DNA of 64,000 nucleotides from a virus: the IMG/VR virus record IMGVR_UViG_3300020172_000530, positions 12,690-76,689 of that record. One strand, given 5' to 3'. The notes under the pieces are model-generated. The model was not told where the DNA came from and ran no database searches. It was given only the letters and a program-made list of their open reading frames with translations. This document shows, piece after piece, positions 1 through 14,500 of this stretch. Position 1 is the stretch's first letter, and each line of letters begins with the position of its first letter. The position numbers were made by a program, and so were the translations under genes.

Positions 1-2592
1 GATCAAAACGGACTAGAAACAGAGTATTGGCAGAAAGTTCCGAGTCTAGAAGGTAATAATATTATCTATAACAGTCTTAAAAAATCTGTAAGAAATATTT
101 ACAGCGTTATTACCCGGGCAGGCGATAGAGCTAGTTTACTGTTCAGTGACGGTACATTTGGAAATATTCCACGGGGAACTTTCAGAGTCTATTATAGAAC
201 TAGCAATGGTATAAGCTATACAATTAATCCAAAAGATATAAGAAATATTAGTATATCTGTGCCTTATATTAGTAATAATGCTCAGGTGGAAACGCTGACA
301 GTAAATCTAAGTTTGCAATCTAGTATAGATAACAGTTCAGAATCAGAATCTAGTGATAGTATTAAATCTAGAGCCCCTGCTACGTATTACACTCAGAACA
401 GAATGATAACAGCTGAGGATTATAACATTAGTCCGTTAAGTGTTAACCAACAAGTTATTAAAATTAAAGCAGTTAATAGAAGTGCCAGCGGCATCAGCAG
501 ATATTTTGACCTAGTAGATCCAACAGGAAAATACAGTAAAACAAATTTATTTGCCGACGACGGTATCATGTATAAAGAAGAATTTACTGAAAGTTTTAAA
601 TTCAGTTATCAAAATAGAACGGATATTGAAGCTGTAATTTATAATCAAGTTATTGAAAATTTAAAATCTGTAGCATTACGAGATTTTTATTACAGTAATT
701 TCTTTACAGTTGTAACTGATTCATTATCTGTATCTTGGTATAGTAGAACAGTTGATACAAATCAGTGTACAGGCTATATTAGTGATGTAAGAAATCCAAG
801 CATATTTTACGATACAGATCCTGTACCGTACAAATTAGGGTCTTACACTAGTACACTGTTAAGATATCTGACACCAGGTGCGTTAGTTGAATTTACACCG
901 CCAAGCGGATATTATTTTGATAAAAGTAATGATAATCAGTTAGTGAGAGGCACAGCGAATGTCAAAGACGCTGTAACAAGATTATGGTGTAAAGTAATTA
1001 GCGTGGCTGGAGATGGCACTGCCGGAGGCGATGGAGTGTTTGCCGATGGATCAGGACCAATTGTGTTCAATGATATTATACCACAAAATTCTCTATTAAA
1101 TCAGATTATTCCAGCGTGGAGAACTACATTAGATACTAATACTATATCTACCATGATTGATTTAATCTTTGCTAATAAGCCTTTTGGATTAAGATATGAT
1201 ATACAAACCAAGTCATGGAAAATTGTTTTTGAAGTTAATCTCAATATTAATGACAGATTTAGTTTAGGTAAACAAGGAGACAACAGTAATCAACAGTTAG
1301 ATTCAAGTTGGTTATTACTATTCACCACTGATACTGAATTTTATACAGTAAAATCTAGATTGTTACGTTATGTGTTTGAAAGTGAAAAACAAGTACGATT
1401 TTATTTTGATGCTAGTGATAAAATTTACGACACACGAAATAATTCTACTGTAAAAGACAAGATTAAAATCTTAAACATTAATACTCAGCCAGACAGTATT
1501 ACACCATTTACTATTGATAGAGAATGGGAAATAACAGAAGAATTTAAAGGGTTAGACGGTTACGTGGATACTAAAAAAATTCAAGTTACCTTTAGTGATA
1601 CTGATGATGACGGAGTAGTGGATAATCCTATATTATTTGAAGAAGTGGTTGCCCCAACAATTTCACCAACTACTAAAAAGATTGTTTTAGAAAAATATGA
1701 AATTTCAGCAGGACAAGAGGATTATCGTTACATAGATAATAGTAATCAAACAGTTATCTTTGTATCATCTTTGAGCTTTTTGACAAATCTAGGAACTATA
1801 TCCGATGGGCAGTATGTTTACGCTGAAGATACAGATTCAGTTTATAAGTTTACATTAGCCAGTGCTACATTTGAACCTTCTATAGACTACAAAGTGTATG
1901 TTGGTCGACCTGATTTGAAATTTCAATATATTCATAACGCTGATTATGAGTCAAGAATTGATCCCGGCATTACAAACTTAATTGACATCTATGTATTAAC
2001 TAAACAGTACGATCAAAATTTTAGACAGTGGTTAAACAACTCTTTAGAGAATGAGCCGTACCCTCCTAGTCAAGATTCTTTGTTTAGTTTAATGAGTACA
2101 GATCTTAATAAAATTAAATCTATAAGCGATGAAATTATATATCATCCGGTAAAATATAAAGTTCTTTTCGGAGAGAAATCCACCCAGGATGTACAAGGAA
2201 CATTTAAGATAGTAAAAAATTCTGAATTAGTATTAAGTGACAACGATATCAAGTCAAGCACACTATCTGCGATAAATGAATTTTTTAGTATAGAAAATTG
2301 GGAATTTGGAGAAAGTTTTTATTTTACCGAGTTAGCCACTTATGTAATGAATAGATTAAGTCCTTATGTAGTGAATTTTGTTTTAGTACCAAAACAAACA
2401 GGATTAACTTTTGGAGCATTGTACGAAATTAAATGCGAAAAAGATCAAATCTTTGTTAACGGTGCTACCGTCAATGACATAGAAGTCATAACTGCGATTA
2501 CAGCGAGTAAATTAAGAGCAAGCGGAGCAATCGTAGCAAGTAATACAGCAACAGGACAACAGATTATAACTAGCGCAGGGATTGAAGACTAA
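1..2592 (+). CDS. Baseplate wedge subunit, T4 gp6-like (5'-partial)
   Basis: Frame 1 is open from base 1 (DQNGLETEYW...LFSDGTFGNIP...YRTSNG), so the GTG at 259 is internal. It contains ESSDSIKSRAPATYYTQNRMITAEDY, matching the gp6/baseplate-J 'ES..SIK..AP..Y..QNR.VT..DY' motif. Confidence 0.8.
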   Translation, partial: DQNGLETEYWQKVPSLEGNNIIYNSLKKSVRNIYSVITRAGDRASLLFSDGTFGNIPRGTFRVYYRTSNGISYTINPKDIRNISISVPYISNNAQVETLTVNLSLQSSIDNSSESESSDSIKSRAPATYYTQNRMITAEDYNISPLSVNQQVIKIKAVNRSASGISRYFDLVDPTGKYSKTNLFADDGIMYKEEFTESFKFSYQNRTDIEAVIYNQVIENLKSVALRDFYYSNFFTVVTDSLSVSWYSRTVDTNQCTGYISDVRNPSIFYDTDPVPYKLGSYTSTLLRYLTPGALVEFTPPSGYYFDKSNDNQLVRGTANVKDAVTRLWCKVISVAGDGTAGGDGVFADGSGPIVFNDIIPQNSLLNQIIPAWRTTLDTNTISTMIDLIFANKPFGLRYDIQTKSWKIVFEVNLNINDRFSLGKQGDNSNQQLDSSWLLLFTTDTEFYTVKSRLLRYVFESEKQVRFYFDASDKIYDTRNNSTVKDKIKILNINTQPDSITPFTIDREWEITEEFKGLDGYVDTKKIQVTFSDTDDDGVVDNPILFEEVVAPTISPTTKKIVLEKYEISAGQEDYRYIDNSNQTVIFVSSLSFLTNLGTISDGQYVYAEDTDSVYKFTLASATFEPSIDYKVYVGRPDLKFQYIHNADYESRIDPGITNLIDIYVLTKQYDQNFRQWLNNSLENEPYPPSQDSLFSLMSTDLNKIKSISDEIIYHPVKYKVLFGEKSTQDVQGTFKIVKNSELVLSDNDIKSSTLSAINEFFSIENWEFGESFYFTELATYVMNRLSPYVVNFVLVPKQTGLTFGALYEIKCEKDQIFVNGATVNDIEVITAITASKLRASGAIVASNTATGQQIITSAGIED

Positions 2593-5500
2593 TGGCAAAT
2601 AACGATCAAGAAGAATTTGGACTTCCAATAGACGGCAATGAACCAAGAAAAACTTCCAACTTACTACCAAGGACTTATAGAACTGATAGTAATAAAAAGT
2701 TTTTACAAGCAACATTGGATCAGCTTACCCAGCCCGGAAAAGTAAAAAAACTCAACGGGTATATTGGTCAGCAAAATGCCAAGTCAGCTAAATCAGACGA
2801 TATCTATATTGACGCAAGCGATCAGATAAGGCAGCAATATCAATTAGAGCCTGGTGCTGTTATACAAGATAAGTTTGAAAATGTAACCTTTTATAAAGAT
2901 TATATTGACTATATTAATCAAATTGATGTATTTGGCGGCGATACAAAAAATCACGAGCGTATTAACCGACAGGAATTTTACAGTTGGAATCCTCATATAG
3001 AGTGGGACAAGTTTGTAAACTTTCAAAATTATTATTGGTTAGCCTATGGGCCTGATGTAATTAAGGTGTTCGGCCAACAACTGGAAATAGAAAGTACGTA
3101 TACTGTAGATTTGGTTGACGAAGACGATAATTATGCTTTTTTATTCTCTCCAAATGGTCTTACAAGAAATCCTACCCTAAGACTTTACAGAGGTCAGACT
3201 TACAATTTTACAGTTAACAGTCCAGGAAATCCTTTTAGTTTTAAATTATCAAGAACAGCCGGTGACCTTGATAGATATCTTAAAGGAGTTTCCGCAGTCT
3301 CTGTAGAAAGCGGAACTATTACATTTAAAGTAAGAAAAGATGCTCCGGATCTGATATACTATGTAAATGAAAAAGATCCTACTGCTGGCGGTGTTATTCA
3401 AATTTTAGATATTGAAGAAAATACTTTCTTAGATCTAGAAAAAGATATCTTAGGAAAAAAAGATTATACATTAACATCGGGTGTAAAAATTTCCAATGGT
3501 ATGAAATTAAATTTCGAAGGAAATGTAAGCCCTGCTGAATACAAAGATGGTAATTGGTATGTAGATGGAGTAGGCTCGGCCATTACTCTGATTCCAGAAT
3601 CTGCCTTAGAAATTATAAGCACTTATACACAAGAATCTGAACTTTTATTTGATGATACACCTTTTGATAAGGATCCTTTTAGTGTAGCAAGTGCGTATCC
3701 TAGAGATAATGATTATATAGTCATGGCTAGAGGTTCTAAAGATAGAAACCCTTGGAGTAGATATAATCGATGGTTTCATGAAGATGTAATCAAAGTTTCA
3801 GCACAGGCTAATGGTAAAATACCAGATATTGATCAATCTTTGCGAGCCGTACGACCAATTATAGAATATGAAGCAAACATCAAATTATACAACTTCGGGC
3901 ACGAAGCTAAAAAAGATGTTGATTTGATTGACACATTCACAACTGATGTATTTTCTATTATCGAAGGAAGCACTGGCTATAACATAGATGGAGCAAATCT
4001 TGCTCCTAATATGCGGGTTTTATTTACAGCTGATCCGGACATATTAGTAAAAGACAAAATCTTTAAAGTAACATTTGTTGATATCATAGTCCCTCAACGA
4101 CAGATAGAATTTGTAGCAGACTCTACAGTAAATCCAAATACAGATGTTATTACATTTGAAACAGACCATTTTTTAAATACAGGAGTCCAAGTAACGTATC
4201 TGAATAATGGAAATAATGACATTAGTGGATTGAGTAACAGACAACAATATTATGTTTATGTTGTTAGTGCTACACAAATCAAGCTGTTTACTGATAGTAA
4301 ATTAACGAAGCAAGTAGACATACTAACCAGAGGAACTAGTACTCATAAGTTTGAGGTTTTTGTTGGAAAGAAAAGACAAATTAATCTAGTAGAAGAACCA
4401 GATACTATACCTATTCATTATGAAACTGTTATAATTAAAAGCGGAGATAAAAATAAAGGTTCGATGTTTTGGTATAATGGTGTTGATTGGAAATTAGCGC
4501 AGACCAAAACTACAGTGAATCAACCTATTTTATTCGATGTGTTTGATTCTAATAGTAATAGTTACAGCGATATAACAGTATACGAAGGGTCTACCTTTAT
4601 AGGAAATAAAATTTTTAGTTACAAGCAAGGTCCAGGCTTGCCAGATAAAATTTTAGGATTTCCACTCAGTTATAAAAACATCAATAATGTAGGCGATATT
4701 GTTTTCACCTTTGATCTTTTACAGGATACTTTCAATTATAAAACATCAACGTTTATTCAGAGCAAACGTACTGACATAGGATTTTTGAGAAAAATCTCTA
4801 ACTTAGATACTTGGAGTTATGAAAACGGATGGAAAAAATCTGAAATTAATAGTACTCAGCCTATTATAAGAATTTTCAAAGAATCTGGATTAGTAAATAA
4901 TTTTCCGGTTGATGTATATGATAACACCGATCAGTTATCTGATTTAGAGGTCAGAGTATATGTAAATGGAAAACGACTGAATAGAGAATTATACACTTTA
5001 GAAAGAGGTGTAGTTCGTTTCTCTATTGTATTAGATAATGATGTTACTGTTAATGATATCGTTACTTTAAAATGCTTTTCGCAACAAGCAAAAAATAGTA
5101 ACGGGTATTATGAAATTCCAATCTCTTTACAAAATAACCCTCTTAACAATAATCTTGAATCGTTTACTTTAGGCGAAGTAGTCGATCATGTAAATTCAAT
5201 AGTTGATAACATTTTGGATTTTAAAGGAATGTATCCAGGTCCTGGTAATCTAAGAGATTTAGGGAACCTTACTGCCTATGGAACAAGAATAGTTCAACAT
5301 AGTAGTCCGTTAAATTTACCGTTATATCATTTAACAAACACCGATACAAATATAGTAAAATCCATAATACAAGCACAAGAAGATTACGCTACTTTTAAAC
5401 GAACATTTTTAATTACGTCTGGAAACACAGGTGTAGACATGGATTCTAAAAGACATGTTGACTTGATTCTTGAAATGATGTTGAAAGACAGACCTAGCAC

Positions 5501-8500
5501 AACTTCGTATTATTTGTCTGACATGTTTGGATACGCTGGTTCTACTAGATTAGAATATTTGGTAGAAGACGGTAGATTTCAAAGAATATTTTCTATTTCT
5601 CGGTCTTTTAGTTTAGATACTTTAAGTAATCAAGCTGTGTATGTTTATAGAAATGGACAGCAGTTAATTGAAGGCATAGATTATATATTTGAAAACAATG
5701 ATGTTTTCTTCACCATCATAGGAGAACTTAATGATGATGATATTATTGAAGTCTACGAGTACGAGACAACAGACGGAAGTTTTTGTCCGCCTACGCCTAC
5801 AAAATTAGGATTATACCCTAAGTTTAAACCTAGTAAGTATATAGATGACACGTACTTAGAGCCCAGGGAAGTTATACAAGGACATGACGGTAGTATCACT
5901 TTTGCCTATGGTGATTATCGAGATGACTTATTGCTTGAACTTGAGTTAAGAATTTACAATAATATTAAACAAAAATATGATCCGTCAATATTTGATATTT
6001 GGAGTTTTATTCCTGGCTATAATAGAAAAACTAATTATACCAAAGAAGAATTCGAGCGTGCGTTAAGTCCGAGCTTCTTCCAATGGACAAGTAATATTAA
6101 TCAAGATTTTACAAAACAAACTTATTGGGACAGCACACAACCATTTACATTTAACTACAGAGATAATTATTATCCAGATGGTACAGATAGTCAAGCGTTT
6201 TGGAGAGGAATCTACTGCTGGTTATTTGATACTGATAGGCCTCACACTGATCCTTGGGAGTGTTTAGGATTCAGTGTTCAACCAACGTGGTGGCAAGAAG
6301 TATACGGTGCTGCTCCTTATACTAAAGACAATCAATTGTTATGGGAAGATTTGTCGCAAGGCATTATAAGAGAACCAGGAAAGCCGCCAAGATATCATGA
6401 AAAATTTGCTCGACCTTTATTAGCTAACAGCGCACCGGTTGACGAGTTAGGCAACTTAATCAGTCCTTTAAATTCAAATTATGTATCCGGCCCAATTAAA
6501 TCAACGCCAGAAGGTTTTTATTCTTTTGGAGACAGAAGTCCTGTTGAAACTGCTTGGCGTAGAAGCAGTTACTATCCGTTTGCTTTAATAAAAACAATTT
6601 TACTTTTATATCCTAATATTATGATGTCGGTTGGGTTTGATAGAAGTAGACAAGTTAAAAATAATACTAATCAGATTGTATATTCTCCATCTGGATTGAG
6701 AATCAGGTTGTCTGATATAGTTATACCTTCTACAGTTAATGATGCTACGAGAATTTTCTCTTCCGGGCTAGTAAATTATATTGTTGAATATGCCACATCC
6801 GATGTTACATTTAAAATAACTAATTACCAAGAAGATCTTCGATTACTTACAAATAAAATCTCTCATAAGCTAGGAGGATTTACAAGTAAAACTAAATTTA
6901 ACATACTGTTAGATAGTAAAAATCCTACAAGCTCTGGCGGAGTCTTTGTGCCAGATGATAATTTTAATATTTTCTTAAACACATCTAGTCCTGTTAAAAA
7001 GTTAGCATACAGTGGTGTAGTTGTTAGCAGATATTCTGATGGGTTTGAAGTTAGAGGTTATAATTTTGACGAACCATTTTTCACTTACTATTCTTATAGA
7101 CAAAATGAAAGAGTTATCAGAGTAGGGGGTATCTCAGAAAGTTATGTAACTTGGGATTCTAATAAAACCTATGTTGCTGGAAAAATAGTTCTAAATGGAA
7201 ATGTATATTTTAGAACTAAAATTACACACCAGTCAGGCGATGTGTTTGACGATACGTTATTTGCTAAACTTCCAGGACTGCCTATGACTGGCGGCGCAGA
7301 AGCAATTTTAAGAAAGAGCTGGGATACAAGTCAAGAATTATTTTTAGCTTACGGTACTAAACTGGCTACTATACAAGAAGTTATAGATTTTTTACAAGGA
7401 TATGGAACGTACTTACAAGAGCAAGGCTTTGTATTCGATCAATATAACCCAAAAATTAAGTCTGTTACAAATTGGGAAACTAGTATTAATGAATTTTTAT
7501 TTTGGACTACACAGAATTGGGGCGAAGGATCTGCTCTATCGTTAAGTCCTGCTGCGTCTAAGTTAGTGATAAAAAGCGACAGAGCAGTTGTTGATGATAT
7601 ACGAAATGCGTTTTATGGTTATAAAATATTTAAAGTAGATGGACAACTATTAGGACCAGAATTTGTAAGTACCTTTAGAGGCGACAACGAATTTTCAATA
7701 ATTCCTCAAAACACTGTTCATGGTATTTACGGAGGAATTTTTTATCTAGTTCAGAAAGAACATGTATTATTATTAGATAACACAACTTTATTCAATGATG
7801 TAATTTATGATCAAGAACCGGGTTATAGACAAGAGCGTATTAAAATTATTGGTTATATAACCACAAACTGGAATGGAGGACTGTCTATTCCAGGATTTAT
7901 ATTTGATCAAGCGTATATCAATGATTATCAATCGTGGACAGATTATAATTTAGGGGACATAGTAAAATATAAAGAATATTATTATAGTGCCTCAAAATTT
8001 GTTGTAGGTACCGAAACGTTTAATTCAGAAGATTGGGTATTATTACGTGAAAAACCTACACCTAAACTAATACCAAATTGGGATTACAAAGCTGAGCAGT
8101 TTACAGATTTTTATGACTTAGATACAGATAATTTTGATAGCGAACAACAAAGAATGGCTCAGCACCTTATTGGCTATCAAAATAGACAATACCTCGAGAA
8201 CATTATTAAAGACGATGTTAGTCAATATAAATTCTATCAAGGTATGATTATAGAAAAAGGAACTCAGAACGTTTTAAATAAATTATTTGACGTTCTTAGT
8301 GCTGATAATCAAGAAAGTTTAACCTTTAACGAAGAATGGGCTGTGCGTGTTGGAGAGTACGGCGCGAGCGGAGTTTATGAAGAAATAGAATTTAAATTAG
8401 ATGAATCTAAATTTAGAATTAATCCACAACCGATACAATTACTAACTCAAGCTCCTGATTCTAATATAGACTTAATTTATAGAATTACTTTAGGGGAAGT

Positions 8501-11500
8501 ACATGTTAGACCACTAGGATATAACAATAATCCGTGGCCTACTTTAGGAATGAAAAAAGCACTACGATCTCCAGGTTATGTAAGATATGAAGATGTAAAA
8601 ATTAATATTGACACTCTTGACGAAGTACTTGATACTCCTATTGACGAGTTTGAGGAAGGCGATTATGTTTGGACAGCATTTGAAAACAGAGATTGGAATG
8701 TATATAGATTTACTAAAAATATCTTTCGTATAGAAGATGTGGAATATAGTGATGGCACGCTTACGTTACAGTGCGAAACATTTCCTGATGTAACAGCAGG
8801 TAGTATTATAGGAATAACCCACTCTGAAAAAATTAAGGGATTCTATAAAGTTGAATCCGTTTCGGCTAGGAAAATAATAATTAAAACAGTTGTTAAAGAT
8901 TGGAATCCTCCATTCGCTGATAGTTCCGAGATTCTCACTTATAAATTTACATCTAGTAGATTAGATTCGATAGATAATGCCAATGCGCAATTACCACCTT
9001 ATATAAAAGATAAAGAATTATTATGGGCAGATATTGGTAGTAAGAATTTATCATATAACGGAGTTGTTCCTTACACTGTATATTCCAATGAAAAAATATT
9101 TTTAAGAAATACTTTAGAAAATACAGATCCAATGATTGATATAAAGTTTGGATCAAAAGTTTCATTGTGTAAAAACGGAAAATTTTTAGCTGTATCGACT
9201 GCTGCTAACGAAGTATACATTTATGAAAAATCACCAGCGACTGATGTATGGTACCAGCATCAATTAATTACACCTAATTTAAAATTAGCTAGTACAACTA
9301 ATTTAAATTTTGGTGACGAGATAGCATTCAGCGCAGATGGAAAATGGTTAGCTATAGCTGCTTCTACTGCGTCTAATATCAAATCAAATTGGAAAGGAGA
9401 TTTTTATAATTCTAATTCTTATGCGTTTGGAGATGTCGTACAGGTACGAAATACACACTTCAGTGCCAGACGTAGTGCGGTAGCTAATGATTTGTCCACT
9501 GTAGATAGATTCAGTCAAGACTGGGCGCCGACATATCTTGTGACTACAGAAGAATCAAAATCTGCTAGTTCTAATATTAATCAAGGATATGTAAATCTTT
9601 ATCTAAGAACATCAGGAGGAAACTATGGATTATTACACAGCTTTGTAAGCCCAACTCCGACTGCTGGGGAACTGTTCGGTTCTAAAATGACGTTTGCTCA
9701 AAACGGTAACGAGTATATTTTATCAGTTACTAGTTCGGGATATAACGAGAACCAAGGCCGTGTGTATATGTTTAGATACGCAGAGTTAGAAGAAGACAGT
9801 ACACAATCCGGATGGCACATGGATTATCGTAGATCTTATGTAGGAATTTTTAGCCCAGGTAAACAATATTATCCTGGCGATATAGTGTTTTATAATTATG
9901 AGCTGTATCAGTGTATAACAGAACAAGATCCTAATAGTTTCGAAGCAAATGCCAGCGGCTGGCAAATATTAGACGATACTAGTATATTAGGATATTTCCC
10001 ACAAGATGTTGCTACTAATGTAACTGATGTAACTCCGATTGTAATTACGAACATTGTTCCTAACACACCGGTTACTACAGGTTCTATAAAATTTAGAAGA
10101 GCTACTATTTCTTATGCTACACAAGCAAGTGCCCCGTTTACAGCAGGTCAATTTATAGAAATAAGAAATGCCAATCCAGAAGTATATAATGGTGACTGGC
10201 TCGTTTATAGCGCATCTGCTACGCAAACAGTTATAGTGTGTCCATTTCCAAGATTTTTACCTGCTCCTAATATAACAGTTGAAGATCCATTATACAAGTA
10301 TGTTGCCGGCGGCATATTAACTTTAGCTATAGTTTCACCAACACGAGAACAAAATGTAGAATCTGTATTACCTGGAGATTTATTCGGATATGATGTGTCT
10401 ATGAGCGGCGACGGTAGCAAACTAGTGATTAGTGCTCCTAACGCAGATCAAAATACATATAATAATTACAAAGGTAAATTTAGATCTACTGAGAAATACG
10501 ATGTCAATGATGTAGTATATTATACTGGTGGTGTTGATCCTGCAGGATACTATAGTTATAAGAAAATATTTGATAGTTCTATAGCAGGTACCTTTAATTC
10601 AGCAGATTGGAGATTACTGACTACTACACAGTTTAATAATACAGGCAAGATTTTTACTTACGAATACGACGGTGACGCATTTGTGTTAATTGATACATTG
10701 GGTGCTCAGAACTTAAATCTAACTTATGAACAACGATTTGGAGAAAGTTTATCTGTTAGTGATTCTGGAAGTCATTTAGCGGTAGGGTCTACACTTTATT
10801 CTGCTGACTTTTCATTACAAGGATCAGTAAAAGTATTCGAAGCCTATTCCGGGTCTTGGGCTCCTTATCAAACTTTAACTAGTACTGTTCCAGGAACAAA
10901 TCATAAATTTGGACACTTTGTGGAATTTATGAATGATTCTGAAACGTTAGTTGTTTATAATGTCAACGCAGATATTAAAAACGAAACTACATTTGATGAT
11001 TCTTTAACTAAATTTGATAATTCAACCTTACGAGTTATTGATTTACAAATATTATCTGGTAGAGTAGACATTTTTGACAAATATAATACAAATTACGTGT
11101 TCGGGGAAAGTCTAACTACAAATTCAACTAACGATTTTTCAGATGGTTATGGAAAGAGTATAGCTGTTGGTAGTAATAATATAGTAGTTTCTGCCGCTAA
11201 AGAACATAATCAAGGATACGAAGATGCTGGAATAGTATATTCTTACCGCAAGCCAGCTGGAAAAACAAGCTGGAGTGTCTTACATTACGAGCGTGCTAGA
11301 CCAAATGTACAACAAATTAAAAAAGCTTTCTTATATAATCGTCGAGAAAACATATTAATAAAATATCTTGATATAGTAGATCCAGTTCAAGGTAAGATAC
11401 CTGGACCAGCAGATCAAGAGATTAAATTTAAAACTTACTACGATCCAGCTACGTACACGGTTGGCAATGCCAGTGTAAATGTAGACGATGGCATGTCTTG

Positions 11501-14500
11501 GACTAATACGTATAATGGTATGCTATGGTGGGATTTAACCACTGCTAAATTTTTAGAGAATCAAGGAGGAGAGATTGTTTTCAGATCTACTACTTGGAAT
11601 ACTCTTTACGAAACAGCCAGCATAGATATTTACGAATGGATAGAAAGTAAACTACTACCTTCTGAAAGAGATAAAATTTCCGACACAGAAAAAGGATTAA
11701 TATCCGGCATAAGCGGAAAGTCCAAATATGGTGATAGTGTATATAGTATAAAACAAAAATATGATACTATAAGCAAGACATTCAATAAAACTTATTATTA
11801 TTGGGTCAAAAATTCTACAATTGTTCCAAATAAAGAAGGCAGATTAATGTCTGCTGATTTAGTGTCAAGATTAATTTCTGATCCAAGAAATTATGGATAT
11901 CCATGTTTAGTATTATTAGGACCTGACAGTTTCAGTTTAGTGAACGTCGATAGTTACTTAGAAGATAAAGATGTGGTATTAAGTGTTCAATACTGGACAG
12001 TGGAAAATAAAGAGAACAATGCTCACACCCAATGGAAAATAATCAGTGAACATCCTAATACTGTTATCCCTTACGAAATAGAACAAAAATGGTTAGACAG
12101 TTTATTAGGCAGAGACAAGAACGGACGCACAGTTCCTGATTTAAAACTTCCAGTAAAACAACGATTTGGTATCGAAAATCGTCCAAGACAAAGTATGTTT
12201 GTTAATAGAATCGAAGCACTCAAGCAATTTATTGAACGTGTTAACGCTATTCTTAAACCAACTTTAATTGTTGACGAGTTTGACTTAACACCATTAACTA
12301 AGCTAGAAGAACCTCCTAGCGCAGTAAGTGGAGCATGGGATATAATAATCGACACTGACGAAGAATTTAGATTCGTAGGTACTAGTAATTTAGAGCAAAT
12401 TAAATTATTGCCTGTTATTGAAGATGGTAAAATCGTAGATATAGAAGTCGCCCAGAGAGGAAAAGGATATGTTAATCCTCCAACTTCTGTTATTACAGGT
12501 AAAGGCAAGAACGCAGAGATTCAAATTTATCTAAATGATACAGGCGGTGTAGAATCAGTTAGTATATTAAATCAAGGCTTCGGCTATAAATCAGATACTA
12601 TTATTACTGTAAGACCTTTCAGTGTACTTGTTCAAAGCGATAGCGATAGTTACGATAAATGGAGTATCTATCATTTTAACAGAACAAATAGAAGCTGGAC
12701 AAAAAATAGATCACAAAGTTATGATGTAACGAAATTTTGGAATTACGCAGATTGGTATCTGTCAGGATATGATCAATTTACTAAATTTAATTACATAGTT
12801 GAAAATACTTACGAATTAGCTTTCTTAGAATCTAATATTGGTAATATAGTAAAAGTCAAGAATGTGGGCACTGGTGGATGGATATTGTTCGAGAAATATA
12901 ACGACGTAATAACCACAGATTATACACAAAATTATAAAGTGATAGGAAGACAAAACGGAACAATACAATTTTTGGATCTTTTATATAATTTTAAAGGCCG
13001 CGCACAAGGGTTTGACGCACTGTTATATGACGCAGCACAGTATGATGCTGTTCCAAGTGCCGAATTAAGTATAATCTTAGATACTATAAAAACAAAATTA
13101 TTAGTAGATAATTTGAGAGTAGAATATCTCAAGTTATTTTTCTCTAACGTAAGATATGCGTTATCTGAGCAGCCATTTTTAGATTGGGTTATGAAAACCA
13201 GTTTTGTTAAAGCTACTCATAATGCTGGAGAATTACAACAGAAAACAAATTATAATAGTGATAATCTACAAGACTTTGAAAGTTATGTAAATGAAGTAAA
13301 ACCTTATAGAACTAAAGTAAGAGAATATATTAGCGGATATACTCGATTAGATAATGCTGCTCTTTCTGTAACAGATTTTGATTTACCTCCTATTATAGAT
13401 GAGGATTATAAAATAAATCCGCTAACTGTAATGTTAAATGAAAATTATGCTATAAGTTCTTCATACAGTCAGTTATTAGATTATCCGTGGAAACATTGGT
13501 ATGATAATGCTTCCTATTCTGTTGAAACTTTAGAATTAGTCGATGGAGGCAAAGGGTACATAGATCCTCCAGTAATAAACATTGTAGACGATTACGGAAT
13601 AGTGACTTCGACTAATACCTTACAATCTAATTTTGATGGTCCAAACAGCTTCTGGAATCTGGGTGAAGGTACTATGAAAGTAGTGGCTACAGGATTACCT
13701 TGCCATAGTTATGGTATTCAAGATGCTGAAAACATAGCAACTGATCAAGATTATAGCCAAATACTACCGCTAAGAGGAGGCACTTATGCTGCCGGAATCC
13801 ACGCAAGTATTCCTCAAGGCATAATTGGTTACTGGCTTAATGGTGTAGCAGTATTCAATCCTAGTGCAGGCGACACAGTACCTGAAGGCTTTGAATCTGT
13901 AATGGATTATAATTTTAATGCTGCCTATGCCAGTGCTGAAGTTTTAGAATACAATTTTGGACATGACAGGGCTGGCGGACTTGTAACTGCTGACGGAGAA
14001 TATTCTTACAGAGACTTCAGTTTTAAAGATGCTTGGTTATCGGGCATAGGGAATGACCTAGCAGATGTTAATAAAATAGATACAATAGAAATACCTTACT
14101 TGAGAAGCGGGTTTGAGCACGCCGACGGCCATAGTAAGATTATTGGATTCGCATTAGATGGTTATCCTATATACGGACCAGATGGATATAGTACTGCCAC
14201 AGATCCTTCAAGCGGTATTGTAAGAATGACTTCTAGCTATGGATTACGAGTAGTTAGTTACAGGCCTCAAATACTACAAGATACATCAGTATATCCAATG
14301 GGTATATTCATTCAGGACTACGAATATATAGGTAATGGATCACTTGATAAACACAACGGAAGATATTGTATAACTCCTGACTATCCAAATGGAACCTATG
14401 CCTACTTTGTAACAACTACAAGCGCAGGCACTCCTGCTTATCCGTATGTAATAGGTCCTACATTCTTTGGAGATGCTGCTCCTCAAGACAGAAATGATGC